Of a stretch of DNA of 53,673 nucleotides, positions 18,200 to 27,302 are shown piece after piece (position 1 is the first letter of the stretch; every line of letters starts with the position of its first letter). The notes under the pieces were generated by a model, which did not search any database, was not told the DNA's origin, and was given only the letters and a program-made list of their open reading frames with translations. Made by a program: the position numbers and the translations under genes. Origin of the DNA: a virus (Duplodnaviria > Caudoviricetes); IMG/VR virus record IMGVR_UViG_3300020205_004424, positions 1-53,673 of that record; one strand, given 5' to 3'.

Positions 18200-20239
18200 A
18201 TGGCAGATTTAACATTAAGATCAGTAAAAGGTTCTCCACTTACCAATGCCGAATTGGATGGTAACTTTGAATACTTTACTGGCTCACACGCAGTAACTGG
18301 TTCCCTAACAGTAACTGAAGATTTAATTGTAGAAGGAAGTATTATTGGTAATATTAGTGGATCAGTACTTATAACAACTAATGCAGGAGTCCAAGTTACA
18401 GGCTCATTAGTAGTTTCTGGTTCAAATACCTTTACAAATATTGGACCTATGAAAACAGGTGCTGCTAATAATGTAGCTGGAGGTTTTTCATTAGCCCAAG
18501 GATCTATGGTTTCAGCAAGCGGATTGTATTCACATGCTGAAGGATTTGATACTAATGCATCTGGTAATTTTTCACATGCTGAAGGACAAAATACTTTATC
18601 TCAAGGAGGATCATCACATGCTGAGGGAGTTGATACTTTTGCATTAGGTGATTTTTCACATGCTGAAGGTTATCTTACTGTTGCTTCAGGATACGCTTCA
18701 CACGCTGAAGGATATTCTACATTAGCATCAGCTTCATACCAACATGCTCAAGGAATGTGGAATGCTGCAAGCCCTATAACAGGAGCTTTCATTGTTGGTA
18801 ATGGTTCAGGCCCTTCTTCTAGATCTAATTTAATTTTTGCCGCTGGAAATCAAGTTGAAATCACAGGCTCATTAGTAGTTTCTGGAGGAATTACGGGTAC
18901 AGTAACAACAGCCTCATACATCAATCCAACATTCATTTCAGCATCAGCTGCTGCTGCTGGATTTGGTTCAGGAGGTGGAGGTTCAATTGACACTAGTATA
19001 TTTGCAACAACTGGTTCAAACACATTTAGAGGCAACCAAGTTATTTCAGGAAGTACCACAATTTCAGGTTCAATAAGTCATTTTGGATCTTTAAGAACAG
19101 GCTTTTCAGGCAATACAGTTTCACCTACTTCAGTTGCCCAAGGATATTCAGTTTCAGCTAGTGGGTTTTATGCTCATGCAGAAGGATATTATACTACAGC
19201 TTCAGGAGCTTGGTCACACGCTGAAGGATATGAAGCAAGAACTTTAGGAGGTTCTTCACATGCTGAAGGATATCAAACTGTATCATTTGGTCAATATTCA
19301 CATGCTGAAGGTCAACAAACTGTTTCTTCTGGTAGTTATTCACATGCTGAAGGTACAAATACTATAGCTTCTGGTAGTTATTCACATGCTGAAGGTTCAA
19401 GTACTATATCAAGAGGTTTTGGATCACATGCTGAAGGGGCTGGTACTACAGCAAATGGTGATTATTCTCATGCTGAAGGTAATAATAATAGAGCTACTGG
19501 ATTTAGTGCCCATGCCGAAGGTTTCTTTACATTAGCATCAGGTGATTATTCACATGCTGAAGGACAATACACAACAGCATCAGCAGTTTCTTCTCATGCT
19601 GAAGGACATGGATCTAAAGCCTTAGGTATAGGTTCCCATGCTGAAGGTGGTAATGGCCAATTCCAACCCGGTGGTACTGCATTAGGTGTAGGTTCCCATG
19701 CTGAAGGACATAATACATTTGCATCAGGTTCATATTCTCATACAGAAGGATATTTTACATCTGCAAGTGCACAATATGCACATGCTGAAGGTTATACAAA
19801 TATAGCTTCTGGCAGTTATTCACATGCTGAAGGGGCTAATACTGTATCTCAAGGAGATGGTTCTCATGCTGAAGGAGCAGGGTCTATTGCAATAGGTAAT
19901 TATTCACATGCTGAAGGGCAAAGCACTATTGCTTTAGGAGAACATTCTCATGCTGAAGGTAATCAAACAATAGCTTCTGGTTCATTCCAACTTGCTGTAG
20001 GTCAATTTAATACCCATGGAGATTCAACATCTTTAATGATCGTAGGTAACGGTGATTTTTCTACCCGTAGAGATGCATTCAAAGTAAGACAATCAGGTTC
20101 AATTGTATTACCAACTACTCAATCAACTGCCCCTTCTTGGACAGGTACAGATGGTGAGATGGTATTTGCAACAGTAACAGGAAATCATAGATTCTATGTT
20201 TGGATGGCTGGTGCATGGAGATCAGGTTCATTGTCATAA
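18200..20239 (+). CDS. fibre/adhesin-like virion protein with SHAEG (YadA-head-like) repeats
   Basis: N-terminal LRSVKGSPLTNAELDGNF; two blocks of 14-aa SHAEG repeats. Confidence 0.8.
   Translation: MADLTLRSVKGSPLTNAELDGNFEYFTGSHAVTGSLTVTEDLIVEGSIIGNISGSVLITTNAGVQVTGSLVVSGSNTFTNIGPMKTGAANNVAGGFSLAQGSMVSASGLYSHAEGFDTNASGNFSHAEGQNTLSQGGSSHAEGVDTFALGDFSHAEGYLTVASGYASHAEGYSTLASASYQHAQGMWNAASPITGAFIVGNGSGPSSRSNLIFAAGNQVEITGSLVVSGGITGTVTTASYINPTFISASAAAAGFGSGGGGSIDTSIFATTGSNTFRGNQVISGSTTISGSISHFGSLRTGFSGNTVSPTSVAQGYSVSASGFYAHAEGYYTTASGAWSHAEGYEARTLGGSSHAEGYQTVSFGQYSHAEGQQTVSSGSYSHAEGTNTIASGSYSHAEGSSTISRGFGSHAEGAGTTANGDYSHAEGNNNRATGFSAHAEGFFTLASGDYSHAEGQYTTASAVSSHAEGHGSKALGIGSHAEGGNGQFQPGGTALGVGSHAEGHNTFASGSYSHTEGYFTSASAQYAHAEGYTNIASGSYSHAEGANTVSQGDGSHAEGAGSIAIGNYSHAEGQSTIALGEHSHAEGNQTIASGSFQLAVGQFNTHGDSTSLMIVGNGDFSTRRDAFKVRQSGSIVLPTTQSTAPSWTGTDGEMVFATVTGNHRFYVWMAGAWRSGSLS
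18530..19960 (+). repeat. coding 42-bp-period repeats (TCxCATGCTGAAGG core), two blocks
   Basis: Blocks at about 18530-18750 and 19170-19960; the same unit recurs at about 24142-24450. Confidence 0.9.
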
Positions 20240-20262
20240 TAAAAACACAATATATTTAAAAT

Positions 20263-20289
20263 GGGCCTCTAAATGAGGCCCTTTTTTTT
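20263..20289 (+). terminator. intrinsic terminator
   Basis: GGGCCTC-taaat-GAGGCCC followed by T8. Confidence 0.85.
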
Positions 20290-20312
20290 CATATTTATAA
20301 CAAAATATTGCT

Positions 20313-21461
20313 ATGAACATTCCAATTTGGCCTGGCTCAAGTTCATTCCAACCCGGAGATACTCCATTTGGGTTTTATGATTATGATCCGCAATTCCAAT
20401 CTGATGCTGATAAATTTGCAAAATTTGCTGCACAACGTTTGGGATATCCTTTAGTTGAAGTTGAATTACAAGATATAAACTTTTATACAGCACTTGAAGA
20501 TGCTGTAACAACTTATGGAAATGAGCTATATGCTTATCAAGTAGCAGAAAATTTACTTTCCTTTCAAGGTGCTCCTACAACCATTGGAGCTGCTAATGAT
20601 GAAGTTATTCAAGAAAACATGGCCTCTATTGTTCGCTTATCCCAACAATACGGAGAAGAAGCAGGAGTTGGAGGTACAGTAACTTACCATTCAGGTTCAA
20701 TTAAATTAGAAGCGGGTAAACAAGAATATGATATGAATAAATGGGCTATTGATAATGGAATTCAAGGTCGTATTGAAATTAAACGTATCTATTATGAAGC
20801 ACCCCCAGCAATTATGCGATATTTTGATCCATATGCTGGTACAGGTACAGGTATGATGGGTATGCTTGATTCATTTGGTTGGGGTTCATATTCACCTGCA
20901 ATCAACTTTATGTTGATGCCTATCAACTATGACTTACAAAAAATTCAAGCAATTGAATTCAACGATCAAATTCGTAAATCGCAATATACATTTGAATTGG
21001 TAAATAACCAATTGAAAATATTCCCTATTCCTGTTGTACATTATCGTGACTTGTGGTTCCAATATATTTTAGAATCTGATCGCAATAAAGTGTATACTGA
21101 TCGTAATGGACAAAATTTGATTACTAATGCTTCTAATGTACCGTATGAAAACCCAACATATTCTAAAATAAATTCAATTGGTCGTTCATGGATATTTGAA
21201 TATGCTTTAGCTTTAGCAAAAGAAATGTTAGGATATGTTCGTGGAAAATACCAAACAGTCCCTATCCCAGGATCTGAAATTACATTAAATCAAAGCGATT
21301 TAATTACTGCTGCTACAAATGAAAGAAATGCATTAATTGAACGCTTGCGAGCATATTTTGATACTACTTCTCGCAAATCATTACTTGCAAATAAAGAAGC
21401 AGAAGCAGCTAGTCAAAAGAACATATTAGCAGACGTACCAATGGTAATTTATATAGGATAA
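20313..21461 (+). CDS. neck/head-tail adaptor (gp13-like)
   Basis: RLGYPLVEVEL, WIFEYALALAKEMLG..RGKY, ITLN; position in the gene order. Confidence 0.7.
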   Translation: MNIPIWPGSSSFQPGDTPFGFYDYDPQFQSDADKFAKFAAQRLGYPLVEVELQDINFYTALEDAVTTYGNELYAYQVAENLLSFQGAPTTIGAANDEVIQENMASIVRLSQQYGEEAGVGGTVTYHSGSIKLEAGKQEYDMNKWAIDNGIQGRIEIKRIYYEAPPAIMRYFDPYAGTGTGMMGMLDSFGWGSYSPAINFMLMPINYDLQKIQAIEFNDQIRKSQYTFELVNNQLKIFPIPVVHYRDLWFQYILESDRNKVYTDRNGQNLITNASNVPYENPTYSKINSIGRSWIFEYALALAKEMLGYVRGKYQTVPIPGSEITLNQSDLITAATNERNALIERLRAYFDTTSRKSLLANKEAEAASQKNILADVPMVIYIG

Positions 21462-21462
21462 T

Positions 21463-22035
21463 ATGGCATTATTTGGAACACAACGTGATGTATCCCTATT
21501 TAGACATCTCAGCCGTGAGTTGATGTGGGATATTATTTCCCAACAATGTGCTTTTTACCAATTAATTGCTGATCAAACAAAAGTAAACATTTATGGTGAA
21601 GCAGCAGGTTCAAAATATTATAATGGTCCCGTTTTACTTAATGTTTTAATTGAAAGAGGTGATAACCAATCCCCAGTAGATGATTTTGGTGTAAATTTTG
21701 ATCGTCCTATGACATTTAGATTTTTACGTGATGATCTTCGCGGTAAAAACCCAGTTAACTCGGGTGGTGGACCTGATATAGGTAACTATGATGGTACGCC
21801 TTATGGAGCAGATATATTACCTGAAGTAGGTGATATAATTATGTGGAATGAATCGTATTGGGAAGTTGATAATGTAAACGATAACCAATTATTTGTAGGT
21901 AAAGACCCTGCATACCCATATGAACAAAACCCACTCAACCCAGGATTAGATAATTATGGTTCAAATTACTCAATCATTTGTTCAGCACATTATGTCCCTG
22001 CAGATAAAGTTCAGATTACAAGAGAAAGATTATAA
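21463..22035 (+). CDS. head closure/neck protein (gp14-like)
   Basis: NIYGE, DDFG, PEVGDII..WEV; position in the gene order. Confidence 0.6.
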   Translation: MALFGTQRDVSLFRHLSRELMWDIISQQCAFYQLIADQTKVNIYGEAAGSKYYNGPVLLNVLIERGDNQSPVDDFGVNFDRPMTFRFLRDDLRGKNPVNSGGGPDIGNYDGTPYGADILPEVGDIIMWNESYWEVDNVNDNQLFVGKDPAYPYEQNPLNPGLDNYGSNYSIICSAHYVPADKVQITRERL

Positions 22036-22038
22036 CAT

Positions 22039-23325
22039 ATGCCATCAGCAAGAAAACCAAATCCAAAATCTCAACTAGAGATACAAAATGATCAGATAGA
22101 ACCTTATGTGTTTCCTGATACGGAAGAGTCTTATGGTAATCCTAATATACCTTCTGAATTTCAACAATTTACAGCAACAAAACAAAGTGGAATTGAATTC
22201 AACCGTTCAGAACAAATGTCATTTAAAGGTGACAATGTTAAACCATTTGTTATAGGTCTGCAAGATATTGATGAGGCGATTATGTTTTATTTTCAAAACG
22301 TAATACGTCCATTTGTTTATCAAAATGGTGTACGAATTGAAGTACCTGTAATTTATGGTTCTCCTGAAAAATGGAAATCAGTACAAAAAGATGGATACTA
22401 TAAAGATAAAAATGGTGCTATAATGGCCCCACTAATTATGTTTAAAAGAGATACATTAGATAAAAATCGATCTCTAACAAACAAATTAGATGCTAATCAT
22501 CCACATCTTTATACTTCATGGGCACAAGGATATAATTCAAAAAATGCTTATTCGAATTTTAACGTATTAACAAATCGAATTCCTGTAAAGCAATTCGTTG
22601 TCAATGTAGTACCTGACTACGTTAATTTAACGTATACATGTGCCATTCAAACGTACTATGTTGAGCAGATGAATAAAATAATTGAGGCAATCAATTATGC
22701 CTCTGATTCATATTGGGGAGATCCTGAACGCTTTAAATTTAAGGCATCAATCGATTCATTTTCTACAGCAATTGAAGTATCTGACACTACAAATCGTATT
22801 ATAAAAGGTACATTCACCATTAAACTATTCGGCTATATTGTACCTGATACAGTACAAAAGGATGTAACTGCAATTAAAAAATATAATAGCAAAGCTCAAG
22901 TAATTATTGGTTTAGAAACAGTAAACGGCCAAGCTGAATTTGTATCATTATCTAAGAAAAAATCTGCAGTATCTTTCCCACTTACTCCATCCAATGGTGG
23001 AGGAGGTGGCGGCGGAGGCGGCAATATTGATCCTGCTACTTTAGCATACTTAAATACTAATGTACAAAAATTAGGAACATTTGTAACCCCAACCATAGTA
23101 ACATTCCCTAGTGGCTGGTTAACTGCACCTGCAGGACTTCCACCAACATCATTAAATAATTTCTCTATATTCTGTAATGGAGCATTAATTGAAAATGAAG
23201 CAATAGTTTCACTTACTGTAGATGGTACAAACACAATAACTACTCTAGTAATTGATCCTGTGGAATTAGGGTATAGTTTTGATTTACAAGATGAAGTTAT
23301 AGCAATTGGAAAATTTAATAGTTAA
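22039..23325 (+). CDS. tail terminator/completion protein (gp15-like) with Gly9-linked C-terminal extension
   Basis: VPVIYGSPEKW, PLIMFKR, PDYVNLTY, QMNKIIE; position in the gene order. Confidence 0.6.
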   Translation: MPSARKPNPKSQLEIQNDQIEPYVFPDTEESYGNPNIPSEFQQFTATKQSGIEFNRSEQMSFKGDNVKPFVIGLQDIDEAIMFYFQNVIRPFVYQNGVRIEVPVIYGSPEKWKSVQKDGYYKDKNGAIMAPLIMFKRDTLDKNRSLTNKLDANHPHLYTSWAQGYNSKNAYSNFNVLTNRIPVKQFVVNVVPDYVNLTYTCAIQTYYVEQMNKIIEAINYASDSYWGDPERFKFKASIDSFSTAIEVSDTTNRIIKGTFTIKLFGYIVPDTVQKDVTAIKKYNSKAQVIIGLETVNGQAEFVSLSKKKSAVSFPLTPSNGGGGGGGGGNIDPATLAYLNTNVQKLGTFVTPTIVTFPSGWLTAPAGLPPTSLNNFSIFCNGALIENEAIVSLTVDGTNTITTLVIDPVELGYSFDLQDEVIAIGKFNS

Positions 23326-23344
23326 CGTTTAATATTTATTAGAA

Positions 23345-23488
23345 ATGGCAAAAGCAAAAGCACAAACCTCAGTTTCTTTCATGAAAAAACCTAGAAAAAA
23401 AAGACCAGGTGTTCATGCAAAATCAAAGTCAAGTAAACTTAAATCAAGTAAAAACTACACAAAATCATACTCATCACAAGGTAGATAA
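23345..23488 (+). CDS. 47-aa very basic protein
   Basis: Translated by hand: MAKAKAQTSVSFMKKPRKKRPGVHAKSKSSKLKSSKNYTKSYSSQGR; late motif upstream; TAATG overlap with the next gene. Confidence 0.75.
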   Translation: MAKAKAQTSVSFMKKPRKKRPGVHAKSKSSKLKSSKNYTKSYSSQGR

Positions 23489-24732
23489 TGGCACATATTA
23501 AACCAGATCAGTTACGCTCAGGATTTTACGAAATAACAGGTTCGTTATATGGTACTGCTTCCTTTGCAATTACTGCATCCCATGTGGATAAAGCAGTTGT
23601 AACTGCCTCTGCTGTTAATGATACTATTACTTTTACTAAAGGTGATGGATCTACATTCCCTATAACTTTAACTAGTGTTGCAACTGCATCTTATGCATTA
23701 AATGCACTTTCAAGTTCATATGCTCTTAGTTCATCATATGCTGCAACTGCTTCATATATTAGCACTTTATATAGTAGTAATTATACACAATCATTCACAA
23801 ATCAATCTACTTGGACAGTAAACCATAATTTAAATACTTTATATGTTATTGTACAAGTATATGATACTAATTTTGATGAAATAATTCCTCAAAATATTGA
23901 TTTCACAAATGATGATACTGTTACTATTTCATTTCCAACTCTAGAAAGTGGAACTGCAGTTGTAACTGTAGGTGGTGCTCTACAAACTGGTGGAGGTGGA
24001 GGATCTATTACAATCCCAGGTAATAATACTGAAATTTTATTTAATAGTGCTAGTGCTTTACAAGCATCACCATACTTTAAATTTAATTATGTTAATAGTG
24101 CATTCCAACACGGATTTAGTAATATTGCTCAAGGAGCAGGTTCTCATGCTGAAGGGGGATCTACTTTAGCTTCTGGGGATGCAAGTCATGCTGAAGGTAA
24201 CTTTACAGTGTCATCTGGTGATAATTCTCATGCTGAAGGTGACCAAACTACTGCCCAAGGATTTGCTAGTCATGCTGAAGGTTGGTTTACTAGTGCTAAC
24301 GGATATGCAAGTCATGCTGAAGGTTTATATGCTACTTCTATTGGAGGTAATTCTCATGCTGAAGGTGCATATACTGTATCTCAAGGAAATTATTCTCATG
24401 CTGAAGGTCAAGGAGCTATATCGTTAGGAGATTTTTCCCATGCTGAAGGTTTAAATACTATAGCATCTGGCTCTCATCAACATGTTCAAGGGGTATATAA
24501 CACCCATGGAGATGCTACTTCATTAATGATTGTAGGTAATGGTACTAGTATTAATACTCGTAGAGATGCATTTAAAGTAAGAATGTCAGGCTCTATTGTT
24601 TTACCTACAACACAATCATCTGCTCCTTCTTGGACAGGAACTGATGGAGAAATTGTTCCTGCAACAATAGGAGGTCAATATTTTCTTTATATGTGGATGA
24701 ATGGAGCCTGGAGGTCAGGTTCATTTGTCTAA
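23488..24732 (+). CDS. fibre/adhesin-like protein with SHAEG repeats
   Basis: WTVNHNLN domain, SHAEG repeats, C-terminus shared with 18200..20239. Confidence 0.8.
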   Translation: MAHIKPDQLRSGFYEITGSLYGTASFAITASHVDKAVVTASAVNDTITFTKGDGSTFPITLTSVATASYALNALSSSYALSSSYAATASYISTLYSSNYTQSFTNQSTWTVNHNLNTLYVIVQVYDTNFDEIIPQNIDFTNDDTVTISFPTLESGTAVVTVGGALQTGGGGGSITIPGNNTEILFNSASALQASPYFKFNYVNSAFQHGFSNIAQGAGSHAEGGSTLASGDASHAEGNFTVSSGDNSHAEGDQTTAQGFASHAEGWFTSANGYASHAEGLYATSIGGNSHAEGAYTVSQGNYSHAEGQGAISLGDFSHAEGLNTIASGSHQHVQGVYNTHGDATSLMIVGNGTSINTRRDAFKVRMSGSIVLPTTQSSAPSWTGTDGEIVPATIGGQYFLYMWMNGAWRSGSFV

Positions 24733-24755
24733 TATATTTATAACAAAATAGATTA

Positions 24756-25007
24756 ATGAGATTATTTTCCCCAGTCATAACCGGTTCCTTAAACGTCACG
24801 GGTTCAGCAGCTATAACTGGATCTTTGTTTGTTCAAAGTAGTAATAATGATATTTTTCTCATTAAAAATGCAAATAATACTACTGTTTTAGCAGTATCTC
24901 AAAGTGGAGTTGTTGTATTTTCTACTCAATCCCAAGTTTTAACCGGTCCCGCACCAAATGGAGGTATTTATTTTACATCTGCTTCGTTTTTTGTTGGCCT
25001 TGATTAG
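24756..25007 (+). CDS. small virion protein
   Basis: 83 aa with ITGSL/VTGSA repeats; late motif. Confidence 0.65.
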   Translation: MRLFSPVITGSLNVTGSAAITGSLFVQSSNNDIFLIKNANNTTVLAVSQSGVVVFSTQSQVLTGPAPNGGIYFTSASFFVGLD

Positions 25008-25041
25008 AAACAACATATTTATAATAAAATAAGAAAACAAC

Positions 25042-26034
25042 ATGGCAACTTGGAAAAAAGTCATCGTCTCGGGCAGTAATGCTAACTTAACATCATTACA
25101 AGTAGACAACTTAACTTCCGGTCAAGTAGTAATTGGTGGTGGTACAGGTAACTTATCCACAACAGCAATTAATGGTACTGGAAATATTTTAGCAACTACT
25201 GGAGCAACTGGAGTATCTATTTCAGGTTCATTTAGTGGTTCATTCTTTGGTAACGGTTCAGGTTTAACTGGTGTTACTGCAGCATTTCCAACTACTCAAA
25301 AGACAGATTTAGCAAATACCGATCAATTTTATATCAATGACGGTGCTAACAAATATGTTACTTATGGTGATCTATTAACTGACTTAGCAGGTACTAATTT
25401 AGCAGTTGAAGGTTCAGATAGTTTAACATTAGCTACTACTATTACAGGTATTACTTCAATTTCCTCAACTTCATTTACAGGTTCGTTATTAGGAAATGTT
25501 AATGGTACTGCAAGTTGGGCAGTAAATGCACAAAATGTTTCTAGTATTGCTAATAATATTACCAACAATACAAACAATTACGTATTAACTGCAACTGGTA
25601 CTGGTGCTATTAATGGTGAATCTAATTTACAATTTGACGGTACTACATTAACAGTAACAGGTAATGAAACTATTACAGGTAACTTAATTGTACAAGGTAC
25701 TGCTTCATTCCAAAATACAACTAATTTAGAGGTTGCTGATAGATTTATTTTATTAGCCTCTGGCTCCAATTCAGCTGGTGATGGTGGTTTAGTAATTCAA
25801 CAAACTACACAAGATGTAGGTGAATTATTTGGTTATGAAAACTCAATTAATCGTTGGGGTTTCACATCTAGTTTTACAGCCAATGGATCAACATTTAACG
25901 CAGCTGCATATGTAACTACAACAGAAGTTGCAGCATCTGCTCCATCAGCAGCTCCACTTTATGGTGGTGCTTCAAACGGTTACGGTAACATTCATGTTAA
26001 TACACTTACAGGAGATATTTATATTTATTCTTAA
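25042..26034 (+). CDS. tail-fibre-related structural protein
   Basis: G/S/T/N-rich; N-terminus WKKVIVSGS shared with 27295..30018. Confidence 0.7.
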   Translation: MATWKKVIVSGSNANLTSLQVDNLTSGQVVIGGGTGNLSTTAINGTGNILATTGATGVSISGSFSGSFFGNGSGLTGVTAAFPTTQKTDLANTDQFYINDGANKYVTYGDLLTDLAGTNLAVEGSDSLTLATTITGITSISSTSFTGSLLGNVNGTASWAVNAQNVSSIANNITNNTNNYVLTATGTGAINGESNLQFDGTTLTVTGNETITGNLIVQGTASFQNTTNLEVADRFILLASGSNSAGDGGLVIQQTTQDVGELFGYENSINRWGFTSSFTANGSTFNAAAYVTTTEVAASAPSAAPLYGGASNGYGNIHVNTLTGDIYIYS

Positions 26035-26053
26035 CATACTTAAAAAACTAGTT

Positions 26054-26248
26054 ATGTCTTTCACTGCCAGTCACGTTGTTGGTGACACTAAAAACACTCA
26101 ACCTCTATCTTCTAACCAATTATCGGCTAAGGAGATAGAGGTTTTGCTTTCTATGGTTAAACGTACAACTTTCATTGGAGAAGATATTGAGCCTTTGTAT
26201 CATTTAGTTGTAAAACTACAAAATCAATACACAGAACAAACCAAATAG
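26054..26248 (+). CDS. small hypothetical protein, possible fibre chaperone
   Basis: ATG 26054 preferred; 64 aa, helical. Confidence 0.55.
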   Translation: MSFTASHVVGDTKNTQPLSSNQLSAKEIEVLLSMVKRTTFIGEDIEPLYHLVVKLQNQYTEQTK

Positions 26249-26255
26249 ATAAGTT

Positions 26256-26492
26256 ATGAATATATTTGCCGTTGACTTTTCCCATGCGGAATTGAATTTT
26301 CTTAGACAAGCACTTGAAACAGTTCCAATTCAAGGACGTGACGCTAAATTTTGTGCTTCCATTCAGCTAAAACTAGAACATGAACTAGAAGAAATTACAA
26401 GAATGCTTAAAGCTGAAGAAGAATCAAAAATGTTGGGTCTTCAACAAATAGTCCAACACGAAGAGGAAAAAACATCCACTAGGAAAAAGTAA
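26256..26492 (+). CDS. small coiled-coil protein, possible fibre chaperone
   Basis: 78-aa ORF. Confidence 0.6.
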   Translation: MNIFAVDFSHAELNFLRQALETVPIQGRDAKFCASIQLKLEHELEEITRMLKAEEESKMLGLQQIVQHEEEKTSTRKK

Positions 26493-26499
26493 TAATATA

Positions 26500-26568
26500 T
26501 TTATTACCGTATTATAGGCCCATAAGGGAAGTGGGCACCGCATATTCGGTGTAACCAACCGTAATAAA
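26500..26568 (+). ncRNA. candidate structured 5' leader RNA
   Basis: GC-rich island with stems GCCCA/TGGGC (or CCC-ataa-GGG), CACCG/CGGTG and outer TTTATTAC/GTAATAAA. Confidence 0.4.
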
Positions 26569-26576
26569 TTTATTAA

Positions 26577-27302
26577 ATGAGTAATAGTGAAAACTTTTAC
26601 GTTTACTGTCATGTTAAAAAAACAGATGGTAAATGTTTTTATGTAGGGAAAGGAACAGGCAATCGCTTTCAAACAACATATTCCCGCAACAGGTATTGGA
26701 AAGATATAGTAGATCAACATGGATTTGAACCTATTATATTAATTAATAATATATCTGAATCAAATGCTTTTAAATTTGAATCTATTATATGCGAAAAGAT
26801 AGGATATAATAATCTTGTAAATATACGAAAAGAAGAAGGTTGGGGAGGACACCGTCATCAACCTGAAACCCTGAAAAAACTATCTAAACCAGTTTTACAA
26901 TATACAAAAGAAGGTATTTTAGTAAAAACTTGGGATAGTGCTACTCTAGCAGCTAAATCGCTTAATAAATCTCATAGTGCTGCAATTACAGAATGTTGCA
27001 GAGGATTAAGACCATATATATACGGGTTTATTTGGAGACATATTGATAATCCTATAGAAGAACCCCAAAAAATAATTAATAGAAAAGAAAAATCAGAAAA
27101 AATACCACCATATTATCATCCAATAGAACAATATGATAAAAATGGTAATTTTATAAAATTATGGAACAATGCTAGAGAAATATCTCGTTCATTAAAAATA
27201 AAATCTGGTTCTATATCACAGTGCTTAAACGGTAAACATAAATCCGCTGGAGGATTTATTTGGAAAAAATCATTAAATAAGAAAGGAGTGCATTTTGCCT
27301 AA
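26577..27302 (+). mobile_element. free-standing GIY-YIG homing endonuclease with two NUMOD1-like repeats
   Basis: FYVYCH...FYVGKG...R at the N-terminus; two P(V/I).QY.K.G...K.W.....I..C..G.....GFIW repeats. Confidence 0.8.

Noticed and set aside
26500-27302. Group I intron around the GIY-YIG gene
   Set aside because: There is no room for an intron core and no interrupted exon pair; the ORF abuts the leader and overlaps the fibre gene.
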